DNA of 64,000 bases from Tubiluchus corallicola (Eukaryota > Animalia > Priapulida), in assembly GCA_030141605.1 (NCBI GenBank), contig JAQGDQ010000595.1, positions 29,425 through 93,424 of the forward strand, written 5' to 3'. Of this stretch, positions 63,101 to 64,000 are shown piece by piece. A program made the position numbers and the translations under genes. Every line of letters begins with the position of its first letter. Position 1 is the stretch's first letter. Below the pieces are notes generated by a model. It saw only the letters and a list, made by a program, of their open reading frames with translations. It ran no database searches and was not told where the DNA came from.

Positions 63101-63804
63101 ATCATTGGGCTTATTACAATTTCATGTTGTCTTTCAACGCTTCTGTTGTGCTGCGTTTAATTCTTAATAAAGTGTCACGTCAGTTTCGCTCTTTACTTAA
63201 ATACTCGTTACAGCTAATTGATTTTTAGTCTGAAAACGAAATGAGAAATTGTTTGGGGAATACAGTCAACCCTCATTAAACTGACTAATTGGGGGGGGGG
63301 GTCCGGTTTAACCGATTGTCCGATTTATCTGTTATGCCTATATATGGTCTATATTATACAGGAATAATCACCTTAATAAGACCTATATACCGTGCACTAT
63401 ATACTATACTGTATATTACTTTAAAATAGTTAACCTGTGAGGATAAAGCAATTATTGTACAGTTGGTAGACCGTGTTGTGTTTAGCGCTCGGACTCGGTC
63501 GGAAATCGGTCAGTTTCCTTTACGTCCAGTTTAAGTGGGTCGACTGTATTTGAAATGTTTAGCTCACAAAGTTTGTTCAATTATTTTATGAACAGAATGA
63601 AGTGAATACTCGATCGATGAGCAACAAGCTGCAGACTACGCTAAAACGAATATCTGATAATCTCATCATACACGATACCGACCATCAGACGCAGCAGGAG
63701 CAAAGAGAAAAGGCTCGTCAACCCCATATTTCTCCCATTGTAGATCTTAGTGAACCGCAGAAGCTCTATGGACTGGCTGAACGTGTTGTCGCTGCCGAAT
63801 CGCT
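34914..63804 (+). CDS. VPS50: Syndetin / VPS50 (CCDC132), EARP complex subunit; exons 1-16, continues beyond window
   Basis: 16 phase-consistent GT-AG exons. Peptides [84 protein letters not shown] and [14 protein letters not shown] match syndetin as I recall it. Confidence 0.95.
35275..35700 (+). mobile_element. Degenerate CR1-type LINE fragment
   Basis: [41 protein letters not shown], with stops. Confidence 0.75.
36555..36644 (+). CDS. VPS50: VPS50 exon 2
   Basis: ttttgcag|[30 protein letters not shown]|gtaagt; poorly conserved region but good splice sites, phase 0/0. Confidence 0.75.
38068..38190 (+). CDS. VPS50: VPS50 exon 3
   Basis: acag|[26 protein letters not shown]|gtttg. Confidence 0.88.
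38537..39058. mobile_element. MITE family A, copy 3
   Basis: TIR CAGGGATGAGAAT; opposite orientation to copies 1-2; no TSD recognisable. Confidence 0.88.
39581..39652 (+). CDS. VPS50: VPS50 exon 4
   Basis: acag|[24 protein letters not shown]|gtaag. Confidence 0.9.
40300..40743 (-). mobile_element. LINE 3' end remnant
   Basis: ORF end [23 protein letters not shown] typical of CR1/L2-group ORF2 termini, followed by a 3'UTR with AATAAA. Confidence 0.6.
40798..41220. mobile_element. Foldback-like MITE with subterminal TTATGTAACA repeats
   Basis: CTCATTATGTAACA / TGTTACATAATGAG termini; motif repeated forward in the left half and reversed in the right half. Confidence 0.65.
41564..42147 (-). 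mobile_element. Kolobok-like non-autonomous element (inverted)
   Basis: Bounded by TTAA at both ends; reverse complement of 18343-18956. Confidence 0.65.
42326..42450 (+). CDS. VPS50: VPS50 exon 5
   Basis: acag|[30 protein letters not shown]..|gtgag. Confidence 0.92.
42560..44818. repeat. 23-bp minisatellite (~98 units)
   Basis: Consensus GCAACTAAACATATTGTAAACTA; fills most of VPS50 intron 5. Confidence 0.97.
45037..45154 (+). CDS. VPS50: VPS50 exon 6
   Basis: ctag|[31 protein letters not shown]|gtaag. Confidence 0.93.
46019..46458 (+). mobile_element. RTE/RTEX-like LINE 3' fragment
   Basis: [31 protein letters not shown]; (GAT)n tail; inverted fragment of the same family at ~21770-21875. 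Confidence 0.82.
46616..47144. mobile_element. MITE family A, copy 4
   Basis: TIR with one mismatch; 6-bp TSD CGTGTG. Confidence 0.88.
47205..47323 (+). CDS. VPS50: VPS50 exon 7
   Basis: gtag|[30 protein letters not shown]..|gtacc. Confidence 0.95.
48180..48321 (+). CDS. VPS50: VPS50 exon 8
   Basis: ttcag|[31 protein letters not shown]|gtgag. Confidence 0.95.
48292..48400 (+). repeat. 37-bp triplication spanning the VPS50 exon 8 donor
   Basis: CAGATT(G/T)CTTGGTAAAACTCAG|GTGAG three times; donors after 48321, 48358 and 48395. Confidence 0.92.
48714..49198. mobile_element. MITE family A, copy 5
   Basis: Perfect TIR; 6-bp TSD AAGGAC. Confidence 0.9.
49389..49529 (+). CDS. VPS50: VPS50 exon 9
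   Basis: ttag|[29 protein letters not shown]|gtaat. Confidence 0.95.
49724..50211. mobile_element. hAT-like MITE family B, copy 3
   Basis: TIR CAGGGGTGTGCAAATT; TSD CATTATAT/CATTATTA; highly similar to copy 2. Confidence 0.9.
50600..52290 (+). repeat. ~130-bp tandem array (13 units) derived from a CR1-type LINE RT region
   Basis: Unit encodes [37 protein letters not shown]; flanks continue the ORF: SAGPDL upstream and [17 protein letters not shown] downstream. Confidence 0.93.
52444..52588 (+). CDS. VPS50: VPS50 exon 10
   Basis: gcag|[36 protein letters not shown]..|gtaaa. Confidence 0.94.
53597..53768 (+). CDS. VPS50: VPS50 exon 11
   Basis: tttag|..[36 protein letters not shown]|gtatg. 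Confidence 0.93.
54026..54520 (-). mobile_element. LINE 3' tail remnant
   Basis: Minus-strand [15 protein letters not shown]-like ORF end, AATAAA and (ATTG)n tail. Confidence 0.6.
55198..55365. mobile_element. MITE family A, truncated copy 6
   Basis: One TIR plus ~165 bp of family A sequence. Confidence 0.85.
55441..55997 (-). mobile_element. RTE-clade LINE 3' fragment (same family as 14270)
   Basis: [50 protein letters not shown]; frameshifted upstream. Confidence 0.9.
56255..56660 (+). CDS. VPS50: VPS50 exon 12
   Basis: ttcag|[32 protein letters not shown]|gtagg. Confidence 0.95.
56700..59299. mobile_element. MITE with internally amplified subterminal repeat
   Basis: 27-bp TIR TATAGGTTTTACA(C/T)GTCAAATGTAGAC at both ends; TCAAATGT subterminal repeats. 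Confidence 0.85.
57028..59265. repeat. 40/41-bp tandem array (~55 units)
   Basis: TTTGAATTACCTAAATCTACA(T)TTTGAGTTACCAAGACAC(A/T); the unit is itself a 21+19 dimer. Confidence 0.97.
59482..59594 (+). CDS. VPS50: VPS50 exon 13
   Basis: gtag|[33 protein letters not shown]..|gtaag. Confidence 0.92.
60014..60114 (+). CDS. VPS50: VPS50 exon 14
   Basis: ttcag|..[15 protein letters not shown]|gtgag. Confidence 0.9.
60358..61050 (+). mobile_element. Helitron-like element, 3'-truncated copy
   Basis: Same 5' end (TATAAGATTCGAGGCTAC) and body as 6752-7376, with an extra ~110-bp GC-rich internal segment. Confidence 0.75.
61200..61700 (-). mobile_element. hAT transposase C-terminal dimerisation-domain relic
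   Basis: [35 protein letters not shown] matches the hATC FP....L......T....ERSFS.LK..K motif. Confidence 0.75.
61762..61880 (+). CDS. VPS50: VPS50 exon 15
   Basis: gcag|[39 protein letters not shown]|gtgag. Confidence 0.95.
61987..62983. mobile_element. Two head-to-head 3' ends of the same CR1/L2-group LINE
   Basis: 61987-~62622 (-) and ~62643-62983 (+) both match 8714-9340; tails point outward. Confidence 0.8.
63263..63546. mobile_element. Tc1/mariner-type MITE
   Basis: TA|CAGTCAACCCTCATTAAACTG .. CAGTTTAAGTGGGTCGACTG|TA. Confidence 0.75.
63596..63804 (+). CDS. VPS50: VPS50 exon 16
   Basis: acag|[32 protein letters not shown]|gtaag. Confidence 0.94.
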
Positions 63805-64000
63805 GTAAGCCTGCCGTCAAATTTTCATTATTGTTTGTTAATTTTCGTTGTCACCTTAGTCGAATCATTATCAATTGCAAGTCTTTTTGGCATTTGCTTG
63901 TTGTGTTGTAAGTAGTCTGCTTTGATTTATGCTATTATTGTGTACTCACATCTTGGTTTGCCGGACCTCGCTTTTACGGATATCAGAAGAATCGGACAAA

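Noticed and set aside
301-63808. Remaining short ORFs in the six-frame track
   Set aside because: Antisense shadows of exons, TE sequence or low-complexity chance ORFs with no recognisable motifs.

Overview
AT-rich, intron-rich animal (probably invertebrate) nuclear DNA with three housekeeping genes. (1) The last coding exon of cytochrome c (+, 817-962). (2) A complete 21-exon POLR1B/RPA2 gene (RNA polymerase I second-largest subunit; -, 34780->3492, 1143 aa by my exon assembly). (3) The first 16 exons of VPS50/syndetin (+, 34914 to beyond the window end), head-to-head with POLR1B with only 133 bp between the start codons. The introns are packed with transposon remnants: hAT-, Tc1/mariner- and Kolobok-like MITEs, non-autonomous Helitrons, solo LTRs, and RTE and CR1/L2 LINE fragments. 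Most notable: a TSD-flanked retroposon made of a near-intact 5S rRNA head fused to RTE-derived sequence (candidate SINE3); two kb-scale tandem arrays traceable to parent elements in this window (a 130-bp unit from a LINE reverse-transcriptase ORF, a 40/41-bp unit inside a MITE); two hAT-like families with 6-bp instead of 8-bp TSDs; and tandemly duplicated 5' splice sites in VPS50. All calls were made by eye and from recalled family knowledge; no searches were run, and I cannot establish novelty without them.
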